Under the pieces are notes generated by a model. It was not told where the DNA came from. It was given only the letters and a program-made list of their open reading frames with translations, and did no database searches. A stretch of DNA of 64,000 nt from Neoconidiobolus thromboides FSU 785 (taxonomy: Eukaryota; Fungi; Entomophthoromycota), in contig MU626288.1 of NCBI GenBank assembly GCA_025603075.1, positions 86,021-150,020 of the forward strand, written 5' to 3'. Positions 25,611 to 37,700 of the stretch are shown piece after piece. The position numbers and the translations under genes were made by a program. Numbering within the stretch: position 1 is the stretch's first letter; each line of letters begins with the position of its first letter.

Positions 25611-25649
25611 TTTAAAGAGAGATTAATATACTTTTTATACTTTTTTTAA

Positions 25650-25697
25650 TTGATGTATAATTTGATATATAATTTGATATATAATTTGATATATAAT
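25650..25697. repeat. 12-bp tandem repeat (TTGATATATAAT) x4 just upstream of the amylase ATG
   Basis: Read directly from the sequence. Confidence 0.85.
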
Positions 25698-25867
25698 TTT
25701 AACTCTTTTTTTAACGTATGTTTCAGTTGATTCTATATTTGAACAGGTTTAATTTATTTTGTAATTAATTTTAAGTCCATTTAGTAATAATATTCTTATA
25801 TCTGATAATTTATTATTTAAATTTAATTATAATAATTATTTAATTGATTTCATTATTTCATTATTTC

Positions 25868-25900
<33 letters not shown>

Positions 25901-26357
25901 TAATCATGTTGATTGTACTTGTTTATTATAATAATTGAAGACTCCCTACTTATTTTTTAAGATATAAAAAGTTTAAAAACATTTGAAAAAAAATTGATTT
26001 GAGTAAAAGTTAAGATATTTAAATAAGAAAATTGATTGAATTGAATTTAGTGAATAATTTAATAGTAATATTCGATTGATTGATTTATTCTATTTAATGA
26101 CTTATTTTTCTTATTAACTATAAATTATAGATTCAAAATAAGATTGAAAATAGTTATTAATTCCATTTAATTTATTAAAATAAGATTTGAAAATATTTAT
26201 AGTTCCATTATTAATTTAACAAAAAATAAATAGAATAAAATTCTTTTGTTATTTCATACAAAAATATCATTAAATTTTATTTATCAAAAATATTAGATTA
26301 TATAAATTACACTTAAATTAATAATATTTCTAATCCCTTTCTTTTACTTCTCTCCTT

Positions 26358-26415
26358 ACTCCTTATTCCTTATTCCTTATTCCTTATTCCTTATTCCTTA
26401 TTCCTTATTCCTTAC
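26358..26415. repeat. heptanucleotide microsatellite (TTATTCC)n downstream of PTC7
   Basis: ccttattccttattccttatt.., about 7 units. Confidence 0.9.
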
Positions 26416-26467
26416 TCTTTACCCTTTCTTCCTTGCTCCTTATTATTTCTCCATATCCTCTTTCTAC

Positions 26468-27750
26468 TTATTCATTTTTTTGCACTAATGCTACTAGTAC
26501 TGTAATATCATCTAATTTCCTAATTTAATTAATATGAATATTTGATCTTATATTTTAATTTTACTATCTAAAACTTACCCACCCAATTCCAAATATTGAT
26601 GATATTTCAATAAAGAATTAGACCAAGGCGATAATCTCTTTGGATTTAGTGAATATTTTCTTGCTGTTTCCGCTAATTTATTACTTAATTTACGTATCTT
26701 TAATTGTAGCCAATCCGAATTTTTAATATTAATTAATTGTTTTGTAGTTTCATTTACTGATGAGTAGGTATGAGTATTATGATCAATTTGAAATTGTAAA
26801 AATTCATTTTGAATAATATTAATAGTTTCTTCATCAAACACATTATCAAAATAGCCATCTGTAGCTAATATAATTAAATCATTTTCTTTTAATTCTAATT
26901 CAATTTGATTACAGTCTGATGGCTCATTTTTAATATATCCTTGATTTAATTGATATTCTTTAGGAATAATAGATAATTGGTAAGGGCAATTAAAAAAATG
27001 TTGTTGTTCTTGACTTTTATATATAATTTCACTTCGATTTCGTATTATTAAAAAAGAAGAATCACCTAAATTAACTCCATTAAGTCGACCATTATCTTTA
27101 TTGATTTTTAATATAGAAGCAGTACTACTACCTAATTAATAAAAAATAATAAATAAATAAAAATAATATTTAATATTTAATATTTAATTTATAATAATTT
27201 TAAATTAATAATCTCAATTATTATAAATTCAATTTTTTTCTTTTACTTACCTACTATTTTCTCTTTATTTTTCAATAATCGATTATAAGCTTGTTGTAAT
27301 AATTCTAATGAAGATAATTCCATTTCATTACCAAAACTAGTTCGATTTTGTTGAATAATTTCACTAGCATGATTCATTAAAGACCAAGAAAATTGACTTG
27401 GATCAATCCCTACTTTTTCCCAACTACCAACTCCATCTGCTATTCCTGTAAATTAATTGTAAAAATATTAATAATTTGTAACGAATAAATATCATTAATT
27501 ATTTGATGTTTAAATTGTGATTCTTTATGTATAAGAAAGAAAATAATTTTTTATTAAATTTACCTAAATATTGATTCTTAACTGTTGAATTTAAAAAAAA
27601 GGCATCTTCTCCAGAATCTACTTTAGCTACCTTTTTAGCTTGTAATGGTGTTATAGAAGGTAATTTATATATCGGTAAACTATGTTGAATATTAACTCTT
27701 CGATATTTTGGTAACCAGTTTGCTGAAGTAATAATTTTATATTGATTCAT
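26468..27750 (-). CDS. PTC7: PP2C-family phosphatase, PTC7/PPTC7 type; multi-exon
   Basis: SGEDAFF, GIADGVGSW..GIDPSQFS, GSSTA, NLGDS, QQHFFNCPYQL, LATDGYFDN, GGKLDDITVLV; basic N-terminus lacking acidic residues. Confidence 0.92.
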
Positions 27751-28253
27751 TAAATTTCTAGCAATTCTTAAAGTGAATATTGTAAATGAGAAAAGAAATT
27801 AGTTATTGATTATTGTATTCCTTTTTAAAAATACTCAAGCTTTTTTTTTCATTTTTAAATAAAAATTTTCATGGTGCATGATTTGGTAACTTCAAAATTA
27901 CTGATTCTTTTTTCAACTTATTTTAAAAAAATTACTAAAATAATCGAATGCGTTTCAAAATTAAGCTCAGAGCTCAGCTTAGTTTATATTTAATTAAGCT
28001 ATTTATTTATTTACTTTTTATTAAAGGAATATTATAATAATAAAATAGTATTTTGTTCATTTATAATAAAAACACTCTGGTTTTTTTATTTATAATAATA
28101 ATTTCAATCTTTTTTTCTTTTTAATTAAAAGTAATCAATAAATATTCAATAAAGCCAAAATAATATATAATAATAATAAATCTTAATTTTATTTCTCCAT
28201 AATATATAAAATGCTCTTTTCTTTTTATTTTCTTTTTCTTTAAATTCTTTTCT

Positions 28254-28840
28254 TTAATCTGAAGTAGTTGATAAACACTGATTTACTACTTCCAATAAAC
28301 TTTGATTTTCTAATGCAGCTGATACTCTTTCTTTATCATTTAATTGTTTGTTTACTATTTTTAAACTATTAAACAAAATCATGTTAAAATAAATAAAAAA
28401 GTTTACCAGCTAATTCTGACTGATGAGTACCTTCTCTAACGGTAATATCAATCTAATATAAAAAAATTTAACTTTTAAATCTTCAATCAATTAATTATTT
28501 TACTTACCTTAAACCTAGGAGGTAAACTCCTTAATAATCTCACTCTAATACATAAACCAATTAAAGTAGCCATAGAACAATGAGGAATTGTAGGAGTAAA
28601 TTGAACATGAACTTTATTTTTAATATCATTAATAAAAATATGATCTTTTTGAATCACATTTAATTGTTCTAAAGTCAATGGATGTTCTGGATCATTAATA
28701 TTCTTAATTAAATCAAATATCTCTAAGGAATCAAATTCATCTCGAATATTTTCATCAAATGCTTCTTGACCTAACTCTCGACTGATAGATGTGGTATTAT
28801 AAATTATTGGATTCGCGTTGACTAATTTACTACTACCCAT
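28254..28840 (-). CDS. CIA2: cytosolic Fe-S assembly factor Cia2/MIP18 (FAM96B); 3 exons
   Basis: [61 protein letters not shown]. Confidence 0.95.
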
Positions 28841-29158
28841 ATTTTTTGTAAGTTTTAATGAAAATCAATTTTTAATCTTAACTTTTATTCTTTCAAATTT
28901 TCCTTAGTCTGCATAATTTGTTATCTTTTTTCGAAAAGGCATAAATTGCATCTTTAACTATTATAATTTTGCAATCGAAAGACTTATGATCTAAACTTAA
29001 ATTTGATCTCATACTTACAATTGAATCACTAATTTTGAAATAATGATAAAAAATGACGCTCAAATTTGTATAATAGGTAGATAATAAGTATATAAACCCC
29101 CTATCATCTCCTTAAAATAATAAAACTATAATTAACTTAACTAAAAATCAATTCAAAT

Positions 29159-29416
29159 ATGGTACTTCGTAAAGCAACTTCCTTACTTCATTGGAGAATG
29201 GATCCTGAAATTTTTCCATTAGCTGCAATTCTAGGTGGAATTGGAGCCATTGCTGGTTATACTATGTATCGAAAAAAAGAACAACATACAAATCAACATG
29301 ATGTTATTGATGGTGAATTGAAAACAAATGGGCGATTAAGAACGCATATGAAAGCTAATATTGAGCCCTCCGAGTTAAAAAATCTGGATCATATTCATGG
29401 TGGAAAGAAAGAGTAG
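29159..29416 (+). CDS. small single-TM protein, NDUFA4/B12D-like paralog 1 (85 aa)
   Basis: PEIFPLAAILGGIGAIAGY resembles the (E)xxPL-TM-G-Y pattern of NDUFA4/B12D proteins; TATA box near 29090. The family call is from memory of the pattern, not a search. Confidence 0.55.
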   Translation: MVLRKATSLLHWRMDPEIFPLAAILGGIGAIAGYTMYRKKEQHTNQHDVIDGELKTNGRLRTHMKANIEPSELKNLDHIHGGKKE

Positions 29417-29659
29417 ATGTAGAAGGAAAAATGAGATATAATAAATTTGTGTATTTTTTTAGTCTGGTTTTATCGTTTTAATTTTCTGATTTTTAATTTC
29501 CTTAATTTTTTTTTGAAATTCAGTTGATTTAGCCTTTTACAATCAATCAACATTATAATCAAGATGATTTTAACCATTTAACTATAGCTATTCAGCAATG
29601 ATAACAATATCATAATATATAAAATAATTAATGATAGCAAGAAAATTAAAAAATAACTT

Positions 29660-29877
29660 ATTAAATTTAAACCGATCAAAGCAAAGCCTTTTAATCCCTT
29701 TAAAAAATTAAACCCACTATTTACTACCTACTGGTGCTGATATTGGGTGTAGTTGAAACTATTATTGGGTATATATTATATGTAAAGACTAAGCAATATA
29801 TCTGTAGTAGGAAAATAGAAAGAGAGAGGAAGGAGTTGAATTTGGAAGACGGAACTAAGTTAGAAAAAAAGAATTGA
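29660..29877 (+). pseudogene. NDUFA4-like paralog, pseudogene
   Basis: KIKPTIYYLLVLILGVVETIIGYILYVKTKQYI..; 5' part is out of frame and has no ATG. Confidence 0.55.
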
Positions 29878-30179
29878 TGAGGTTAAAGGGAATAATTAAC
29901 ATTGAGTATGATAATGATAAGAAATAAACCTTATTTATTACTTTTTCCTTAATGCATTTTCGTTTTCGGAATTTAGGAACAATTAAACTGCTGGTGGAGC
30001 TTTAATGTTTTTGACTTTTTATGATTGAATCATTAATGCTAATATTCTATAAGCTTTAGTTCCTAAGTTACAGTTATTTAATAATGATAGTATAATGATA
30101 GTAGGCTCATATAGTGATAATTATAGTATATAAAAAATGAATTGATAATATAAAATAAATAAATTAGTAAGTCCATAAA

Positions 30180-30441
30180 ATGTATCTAAACCGAGTAAGG
30201 TCTTTATTTCATTTTAAAGTTGACTCAAATCCACCCATTAATAACAGTATTAAGCATTGTTGAGGTTGGTAATGTTTGTGCTCTTTATAGAGGAGACCAG
30301 ACCTTTAACTATAATAAGAAAATGGATAAGGAAGAATTAAGATTAGATGACAGAAACAAAAAAGAAGTGAAAGTGAAAGTGAAATCTGAGGAATTAAACA
30401 ACTTAAGTGAGGCTATTGATGTTAGTAGTGATCATAAATAA
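30180..30441 (+). pseudogene. NDUFA4-like paralog, frameshifted
   Basis: MYLNRVRSLFHFKVD in one frame, then QIHPLITVLSIVEVG..KEVKVKVKSEELNNL in another. Confidence 0.7.
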
Positions 30442-30666
30442 GTTTAATAAGTTTCTCTCGTTTTTTATGAATTGTTTGAAGATTAATTTTAGATATTTTT
30501 AACTTGATCTTTTATCATCTATATCATTAGTATGATTAAACTTTAAGCTCTTAACTGGTGATTAAACAATGATATAACAATGATAAGAAGCTTGCCTAGT
30601 CAAATCACGATATATAAAGAAGTAAACAATGATGAAGTCAAAGTAGAAAATAAAATAAATAATTGA

Positions 30667-30930
30667 ATGTTTTTAAATCGAGCCAAATCTTTATTACATC
30701 TAAACATTGAGCCACAAATTTATCCTTTAATAATGATTGTAGGCGCTGGTTGTACTGTTGCAGGGTATACTATCTTTAAAGAGTCAAAGCGATATATTAG
30801 TGATAAGCATAGAGATATGACTGTACTAAATTCAGGTGGTAGACATAAAGAAGAAATCAAAGTTCATGTCAGTCCAGAAAAGTTAGATCATTTACAAGGA
30901 ATTATTGAAAGTGAGAAGAAGTCGAAATAA
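30667..30930 (+). CDS. NDUFA4/B12D-like paralog (87 aa)
   Basis: MFLNRAKSLLHLNIEPQIYPLIMIVGAGCTVAGY; TATA box upstream. Confidence 0.6.
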   Translation: MFLNRAKSLLHLNIEPQIYPLIMIVGAGCTVAGYTIFKESKRYISDKHRDMTVLNSGGRHKEEIKVHVSPEKLDHLQGIIESEKKSK

Positions 30931-31224
30931 ATATTAATATTTTTAACCTTTCTTAGCTTTGAAGTTTTAAATAGTCAATTTTGCAGATTATAAATTTATC
31001 AAATCTTTTTATAAACAGTTATCATTTTAAATTTGCCCAAAAAATGTCAATTATTTATAAAAAGATTTGACATTATTTTGAAACTTATTACGTTTGTTAA
31101 TTTGATTTCTAGGTATGGTTAATTTACTAAAATGACATAAAAATGACAAGGAGTTTATATGCTAAACTATAGTATAAAAAAGAGACATTATGATAGTAAA
31201 AGAATAAAAGAAAAATCTTTAAAA

Positions 31225-31494
31225 ATGTTTTTAAACCGAGCAAGATCTTTATTACACTTGAAAATTGAGCCAGAAGTTTACCCTTTGGTAGCGATTGTAG
31301 GCGTTGCTGCTACTATTGGTGGTTATACTGTTTATAAAGAATCAAGACGATATATTAATAATCAACAAATAAATAAAAATATATTATACTCAGGTGGTAG
31401 ACATAAAGAGGAGGTCACAGCTCATGTTAATCCAGAAAAGTTGGACCATTTACAAGGAATTATTGAGAGTGAAAGTGAACACAAGTCAAAATAA
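31225..31494 (+). CDS. NDUFA4/B12D-like paralog (89 aa from the second ATG)
   Basis: MFLNRARSLLHLKIEPEVYPLVAIVGVAATIGGY; near-duplicate of 30667-30930 (SGGRHKEE..PEKLDHLQGIIESE). Confidence 0.6.
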   Translation: MFLNRARSLLHLKIEPEVYPLVAIVGVAATIGGYTVYKESRRYINNQQINKNILYSGGRHKEEVTAHVNPEKLDHLQGIIESESEHKSK

Positions 31495-31703
31495 ATTTGT
31501 ATTTTTTATTTTATTTTTGATTAGCTTTTATGATTAGTTTTCTATGCTTTTATACTTCAAGTCACTGTTATAGATTCAACCTCTAAGCTCTTATTTATAA
31601 TTACTCAATAGTAGCAAAATAATCATAGTAAGCTTATATACTAATATTTATAATATATAAAAAAGAAACAAGGCTAGAGATCAAAGATAAAATAAATATT
31701 AAG

Positions 31704-31897
31704 ATGATCTTAAAGCAAAATCTTTACTGTATAAAAAAATCCAACCAGAAGTTTATTCATTTGTATTGTTATTAGGTATTATCGGGCCTATTTCTGCATA
31801 AATTCTACATATAAAGGTGAAAGAACATGATGATAGCAATGTGGATGAAAAGGAATTAAGTTTAGAAGGGGAAAATAGAAGGATAAAAAATGAATAG
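31704..31897 (+). pseudogene. NDUFA4-like paralog, pseudogene
   Basis: KAKSLLYKKIQPEVYSFVLLLGIIGPISA*; frameshift just after the ATG and an internal stop. Confidence 0.65.
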
Positions 31898-32344
31898 CAA
31901 ATTTAAAAGAAATTGTTAAAATTGAGAGTAAATGGAAGTAAGTTTAATAAATATTTCAACTTTTTTGTTTTTTATATAGTTATTGAAATTTATATCTAAA
32001 AATAAAATTGTGATCATTTTTAAACTAAATTTATAGTATACAATATAGAATAAATAATATTTATATAAATAGTTTACCATTATTACTACTATAACATTAT
32101 TTATATTGTAGTGAAAAATAAAAAATCATTGTTAGTTATTTTGTCTTTCTTTTTTGTCTAAAAAATAAACTACTAATATCAATAATAACAATGATAATGA
32201 TATAACGCTATTAATATAAATAAGTATTGATTCAACGATAAATTATTATTAGGGTTAGTGCTATTGTTGTTATCAATATATGATACAGTGCTTAAAAAGT
32301 ATTCTATTTTGATAGCATACTTTTGTTAATATAATAACAATAAT

Positions 32345-32430
32345 TTATTTTTATTATTTATTATTTATTATTATTTATTATTATTTATTATTTATTATTT
32401 ATTATTTATTATTTATTATTTATTTTATCA
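32345..32430. repeat. TTA/TTATTTA-type microsatellite
   Basis: Read directly from the sequence. Confidence 0.8.
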
Positions 32431-32708
32431 TTATTGTTATGAACCAATGTAGCAGTCATCTCAACATCAATCTCAAAATGATAATATTATTTTAATAATA
32501 CAATTAATCAAAACTAAAATGATGTATAATAAAACAATAATAAAATAATGGCAAAGTATTATTGCTGATACTGGTTTTGTTGCTAATTTATTATATTGAC
32601 AAAAATAATCATATTACTTGCTATTATAATGAGATGTTAACAAAATAGCAAAATAAAATAGTAATTATAACACTTTACCATTGTTATTCTAACTATTATA
32701 GTATAAGA

Positions 32709-32813
32709 TATGGAGATATTTTTTTAATTTCATTACTTTTCCCATCTTTTGAGCGCTATTTGAGTGGAAAGATTATTTAGTAAAATTCTTAGATAAAAAA
32801 ATACATTCCCATA
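32709..32813 (+). mobile_element. ~100-bp MITE-like element
   Basis: tatggagatatt..gagcgctatttgagtggaaag..aaaatacattcccata. Confidence 0.8.
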
Positions 32814-33504
32814 CATTATTATCAATATAATACAAATAATAAGTTGTTATTATTGAAATTTATTAGATTATTAGAATTATAATAAAAAGAATTTTAGATA
32901 TCTTAAGGTTCGATAGATAATCATAGGAAATAACCGAACCATGATGTCATACTTGATCGACTTTTATGAATAGAAATAAAAATAAAAGTTCGGGAAATTA
33001 AAAATGGCGCCAATATTGAAGATGTGTTTTAAAAGTTATCAGGAAATTGTCCAACTTTTGTATTATATATAAAATAATCAAGAAAATAAAGTATATCAAG
33101 ACATTTTAATTATCTATATAGCTTGTTAAAGTTTAAGATTAGGGGTTGTTTACAGGTTGAAATTAAGGATTAAAGTTAACAAATTCACTTCAAATGATAT
33201 ATTAAAATTGTGTCTAAATGCTTTAAACTATATGCAGTAATTTATTTCTAGTCTTAAAAGAGTAAATGGGATAATTTTAAAATGGAATTCTATTTAGTAA
33301 AAATCAAGTCATAAGTAATATATTTCACTAATTTAAAAATAGATTCATCTGTCAAAATTTGAATTGATTCAAAAAAAATATTAAAGATTGCGCAGATAAA
33401 TTGGGATTTTCCTGTCAATTCTAAAAAATTGAAAAGCTGAGTTAATAATGGTCTGATTTTTATCTAAGATCCATCCGAAGAATGGATTTTAAAAACTTAT
33501 AATT

Positions 33505-33603
33505 AGTCATCTTTTTTTATTGAAGAACATTACTGCTAATTTTTCCACTTAATAATGCTTAAAAAAATGAACAAATAATAGAACCAAAAAATAGATTCCT
33601 AAT
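33505..33603 (-). mobile_element. MITE-like element, degenerate
   Basis: gctaatttttccacttaataatgcttaaaaaaatg core in reverse orientation. Confidence 0.5.
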
Positions 33604-33837
33604 TCTATTTCTTATTTTAAAAATACTCAAAAATTAAGTAGTGGTCTGATTTTTGAATTATCCGGTAGTTAATATTAGAATCTTTATAATATATTTTTAT
33701 TCTAAAAATTGTCATATTCATTAAACCTGTATTCTAACTACGGTCTATTCAATAATGATCTAATAACCCTAGTAAGCTTATGGAGTCAAGTTAATAGTAT
33801 ATAAATAAATAAAATGTGCTAGTAAAAATTTATATCA

Positions 33838-33900
33838 AAACAAACAAACAAACAAAACAAACAAAACAAACAAAACAAACAAAACAAACAAAACAAACAA
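33838..33900. repeat. 9-bp tandem repeat (AAACAAAAC)n immediately 5' of ATG 33906
   Basis: Read directly; it produces the spurious KQT repeats in ORF 33816. Confidence 0.85.
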
Positions 33901-33905
33901 TCCAG

Positions 33906-34106
33906 ATGTTTTTAAATAAATCCAAATCTTTAGCTTTAAAACTTAAACCTGAAGTTTATCCATTGGTAGCCATTTTGACATTTGCTCTATCTTTTGGTGT
34001 TTATACTATGACCACGAAAACAATGCAACATCTTAATAGTCGACATATCCATACAGTGCCATTTGACTGGGAAGGTAGAACTAAATCAGAAGATAAAGAC
34101 TATTGA
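33906..34106 (+). CDS. NDUFA4/B12D-like paralog (66 aa), divergent C-terminus
   Basis: MFLNKSKSLALKLKPEVYPLVAILTFALSFGVYTM..PFDW; TATA box near 33798. Confidence 0.6.
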   Translation: MFLNKSKSLALKLKPEVYPLVAILTFALSFGVYTMTTKTMQHLNSRHIHTVPFDWEGRTKSEDKDY

Positions 34107-34193
34107 ACCTAATGGGGATCATTGAATTTAATTGTATAATTAGTCGAAATAAACCTTTTCATTTTTTAAATACTTTTTATGTGACTGTTAAAA

Positions 34194-34313
34194 TTTGGGG
34201 ATATTTTTTTTTGGCTTGATCACTTTTTTCATCTTTTTAAGCATTATTTAAATGCAAAAATTGGTAGTAAAATTGGTAGTAAAATTGTTAAATACAAAAA
34301 TACGTCCCCCCAT
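34194..34313 (+). mobile_element. MITE-like element with an internal 12-bp duplication (aaattggtagta x2)
   Basis: tt|tggggatatt..aatacaaaaatacgtccccca|tt. Confidence 0.8.
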
Positions 34314-34711
34314 TTGTTTTTGGAAATAAAAACTATATAATAATAAAATGAAGTATTATAAATTTATACTTTAATAAATAGAATAAAAGTAAAAACAGAT
34401 AAACAATGACATTAAATTAAAAAAGAAGATAAGTATTGAGACTATAGGATGGGCAATTGAAAATTTTATTACGAATCTATGTCTCAATATTGATTTAAAA
34501 TAAAGCTTATTTTTAAAATCTTTAATTTATCATTTTAATCTCAAATTGATCATCAAGTTAATTTGAATCTAATTATTTAATAATAATAAAAACTATAAAC
34601 TTTATAAATAAAAACTACTTTTAAAAAATCAATTTTATTTTATATTAATGAATAAAGTAAAGATAGGATGCAATTATAATATTATATAATGAAGAAAATA
34701 GGATGATTTTC

Positions 34712-37700
34712 TTAGATAAGATAATCCTTAAGAAATGAGATAGAGGAAGGTTTAAACCCAATTTTGCTACCGATCAATGCAGGTACAATAAGTACAGCCA
34801 ATAATATAACTTCAACAAGTATAAACAAGATTAAATAACCGATATATCTTCTTCTACGCTTTTTGATTTGTTTCACTGAATAGATTGGTGCTGGAATTTG
34901 CTGAGATGGTCTTAACCAAAACAACATAGCTGAATGCCAACGATCAATCAATGGAACTAATGTAACTGGGAATAATACAATCATAATAAAATGACCAGTA
35001 ATAAAATCTGTAGCGAAATAAGACATTTCAATGATTTTACATAAAAACTCTCTTAGTGGTTGAGTTAATGCCATAAATCCTAAGCCTTGAGAACCCCATC
35101 TACCAGTCCACCAAGCTACATTACAAGCTTCATTACTTGTTTCCCTGGTTAATAATAAAGATTCAATAATCTGGAAGATAGCTCTTTGTACAAATACAGA
35201 TGCTATCATACCCAAAATAGCACTTGGTAATTCCCAATTTTCTAACATTAATAATAATAAAAAGAAAATGATTACAACCAATACGGACCATCCATGAGCT
35301 ATTCCGGCTATTATATTACCAAATGGTTTGAAACACATATTGACGATTGGACCCATTAATAAAGAAACAAAGAATAAGACCAATAAGACAGCTGCATTAA
35401 GGGCAATAGGACCTAAAGCAGCAGCACCCACACGGAAGATTGCATGTTTACGACCAGTCATACTACCTAAGTAAGAATAAATGGCAACCATAACAACTGC
35501 AGAAAGAATTGGGAATATAACTTGTGGGAAAATCAAAGCCCATTTATTGGCACGTGGAGTAGGAGCAGAATGATCAACTTGGCCCAATTTACGACGTTTA
35601 TAACCGGTAACTTTGGTACGTAAAATACGACAATGAGTAACCCAAGAATATTTAGTTTGTGTTGAATTTCCAGCAGATAACCATTTGATAAAATCACGAT
35701 AATCTAAGATAAAATCAACAGGTGAAAATTCATGAGGATTAAATAAGAAGGGAGCTATACATAATGATAAGGCCATAATCCAGAAATAAATATAATGTGG
35801 CACCCAAATATTAATTGAAGCAAACAAGATCATGAAGAAAATTCTTACACCAGAATAGATACTCGAAGCTGCAAACCTTGAGTAAAGGTTTGCAAATGAG
35901 GTGCGAGTGGTAGCAAAACCACGGCCAGTAGCTATGTAAGTAGCACCACCATAACTTAAATTACTGAGTAATGAAGCAGAATAGATTTGATTAGCAAAGA
36001 TTTCAAATACTGGAGAAAAGGATAAAAAGTGTTTTCCAAGCCTTAATAGAGTACGTGTAAATCCTTGTTCACTGAATACTTGTAAAAAGAAGGGAAGGTA
36101 AGAAATAGCAAACACAATAAAAATGGAGATAATGGTAGCTACAATCCAACTTAGAATAGGCCATACATTGAAACATCCAGTTGGTTTAGGGGCTGCTGTA
36201 AGATCTTCATTCTGTTCACAAATATTTTCATTGGTAACGTATAAACTACCAAGGCCAAGTAAGACTACCATAAGTAATTGAGTAGCAATCGTAATCATAA
36301 CATTATTAACATGAAAACCAGGATGAGCGTAATAAAAGGTTAAAAATCGATCTAAAGGAAGTTGGGTACCAAGGTAATATTGTTCTCTAGAAAGTATTTG
36401 TTCACCCATACCAGTACCGATCTTAGTATTAAAGGATAAAATAGAAGAAAATCCAAGATCACGACCTTTACCACATTGATAGTATTCAATATGCTTAATT
36501 CTACCACCTCTTTGGAAAGCATTCATACCAGCATAAATATCTTCATTAAGATGTAAACCTTTTTGAGCTTTACTTACACCACCACGAGTATTCATAAATA
36601 TAGAATTTAAGAAATCAGGATGACCATAATGAAGTTTACCACCAATTTTAGCCATAATACGCTGCGTCATGGTACCAAATGTTTGTTCTTTACCAGCAGC
36701 AACATCTCCTAATACACCGATATTTTCTGAAAAGATATACTCTCTTGCTCCTACAATAGCAACTGGTGGTTTATAATGATCTTTTGCATGTCCAGAATAA
36801 GGTGAAATGGAAGAATCTACTTCAAACCCTTCAAATTCAGCTAGAATATTACGAATCTTCATGGCTTCTTCAAGGTAATTATCTTGGTTAGCATCGATTA
36901 ATTGAATGTATTCACCTCGCGTAAATATAATGGAGTGATTTTGATTATCAGCTTTACCATCACCAAGGATAGGATGACCAGGTAGTTCAATCATATATCT
37001 AGGTTTTCTTGAACCATCTTCAAGTTTTTCACAATGACCATCGATTAAACAACTGAAATATTGAACTTCTGGTCCATCTTCGGTTTCTCTGGTTATTTCT
37101 AATAGATAGGCAATTTGTAAGTCTGGGTAAGCTTTAAGTAAAAATTCTACATCCTCTTTTTCAGCTGCTGTAAAACTACAATATCTTTGCATAGAAATTA
37201 AAAATCGGAATTTTCTACGTACCATTATATCAATCTTTCTTTCCAGCATATTACCATGTCCAGAATATAATTTGACCATATCTGGGTTCTCAACTCGATA
37301 TAAAGCTTTAATGGCACGTGCATAATTCATAAATCCAGAAATAGTACGATAAAGGGTTTGAGATCTTAAAGAAGCCCAAATTCTAGTACGAAGGACATAT
37401 TCTGGTGAAGCTGACTTAAAACCAACATAATAAAGTGGCAAATCATCAATTTCGGATTTTTCATCAGCAGAATAGCCTGAAAACGATCTTATAGAGGATG
37501 GTGGATCTTCATCAGTATAAACTGTATTTTCTTCTTCTAATACTTTAGTGTCGTTGATAAAGTTCATCCATTCAAATGAATGTAAAGATTTAAGATATTC
37601 AAGTAAAGTAACTCTAGTTTGACGGTCTTCTTCACGAATAATTTCTCTTAATGTAAGAAGAATCTTTTCACTGTAATGTGGAGTTAATACAGTGAATGAA

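Noticed and set aside
32907-32940. GGTTCG..CGAACC hairpin resembling a tRNA T-arm
   Set aside because: No cloverleaf or A-box; only a 6-bp stem
33816-33905. KQT-repeat N-terminal extension of ORF 33816
   Set aside because: All paralogs start at MFLN; the repeat is probably 5' UTR
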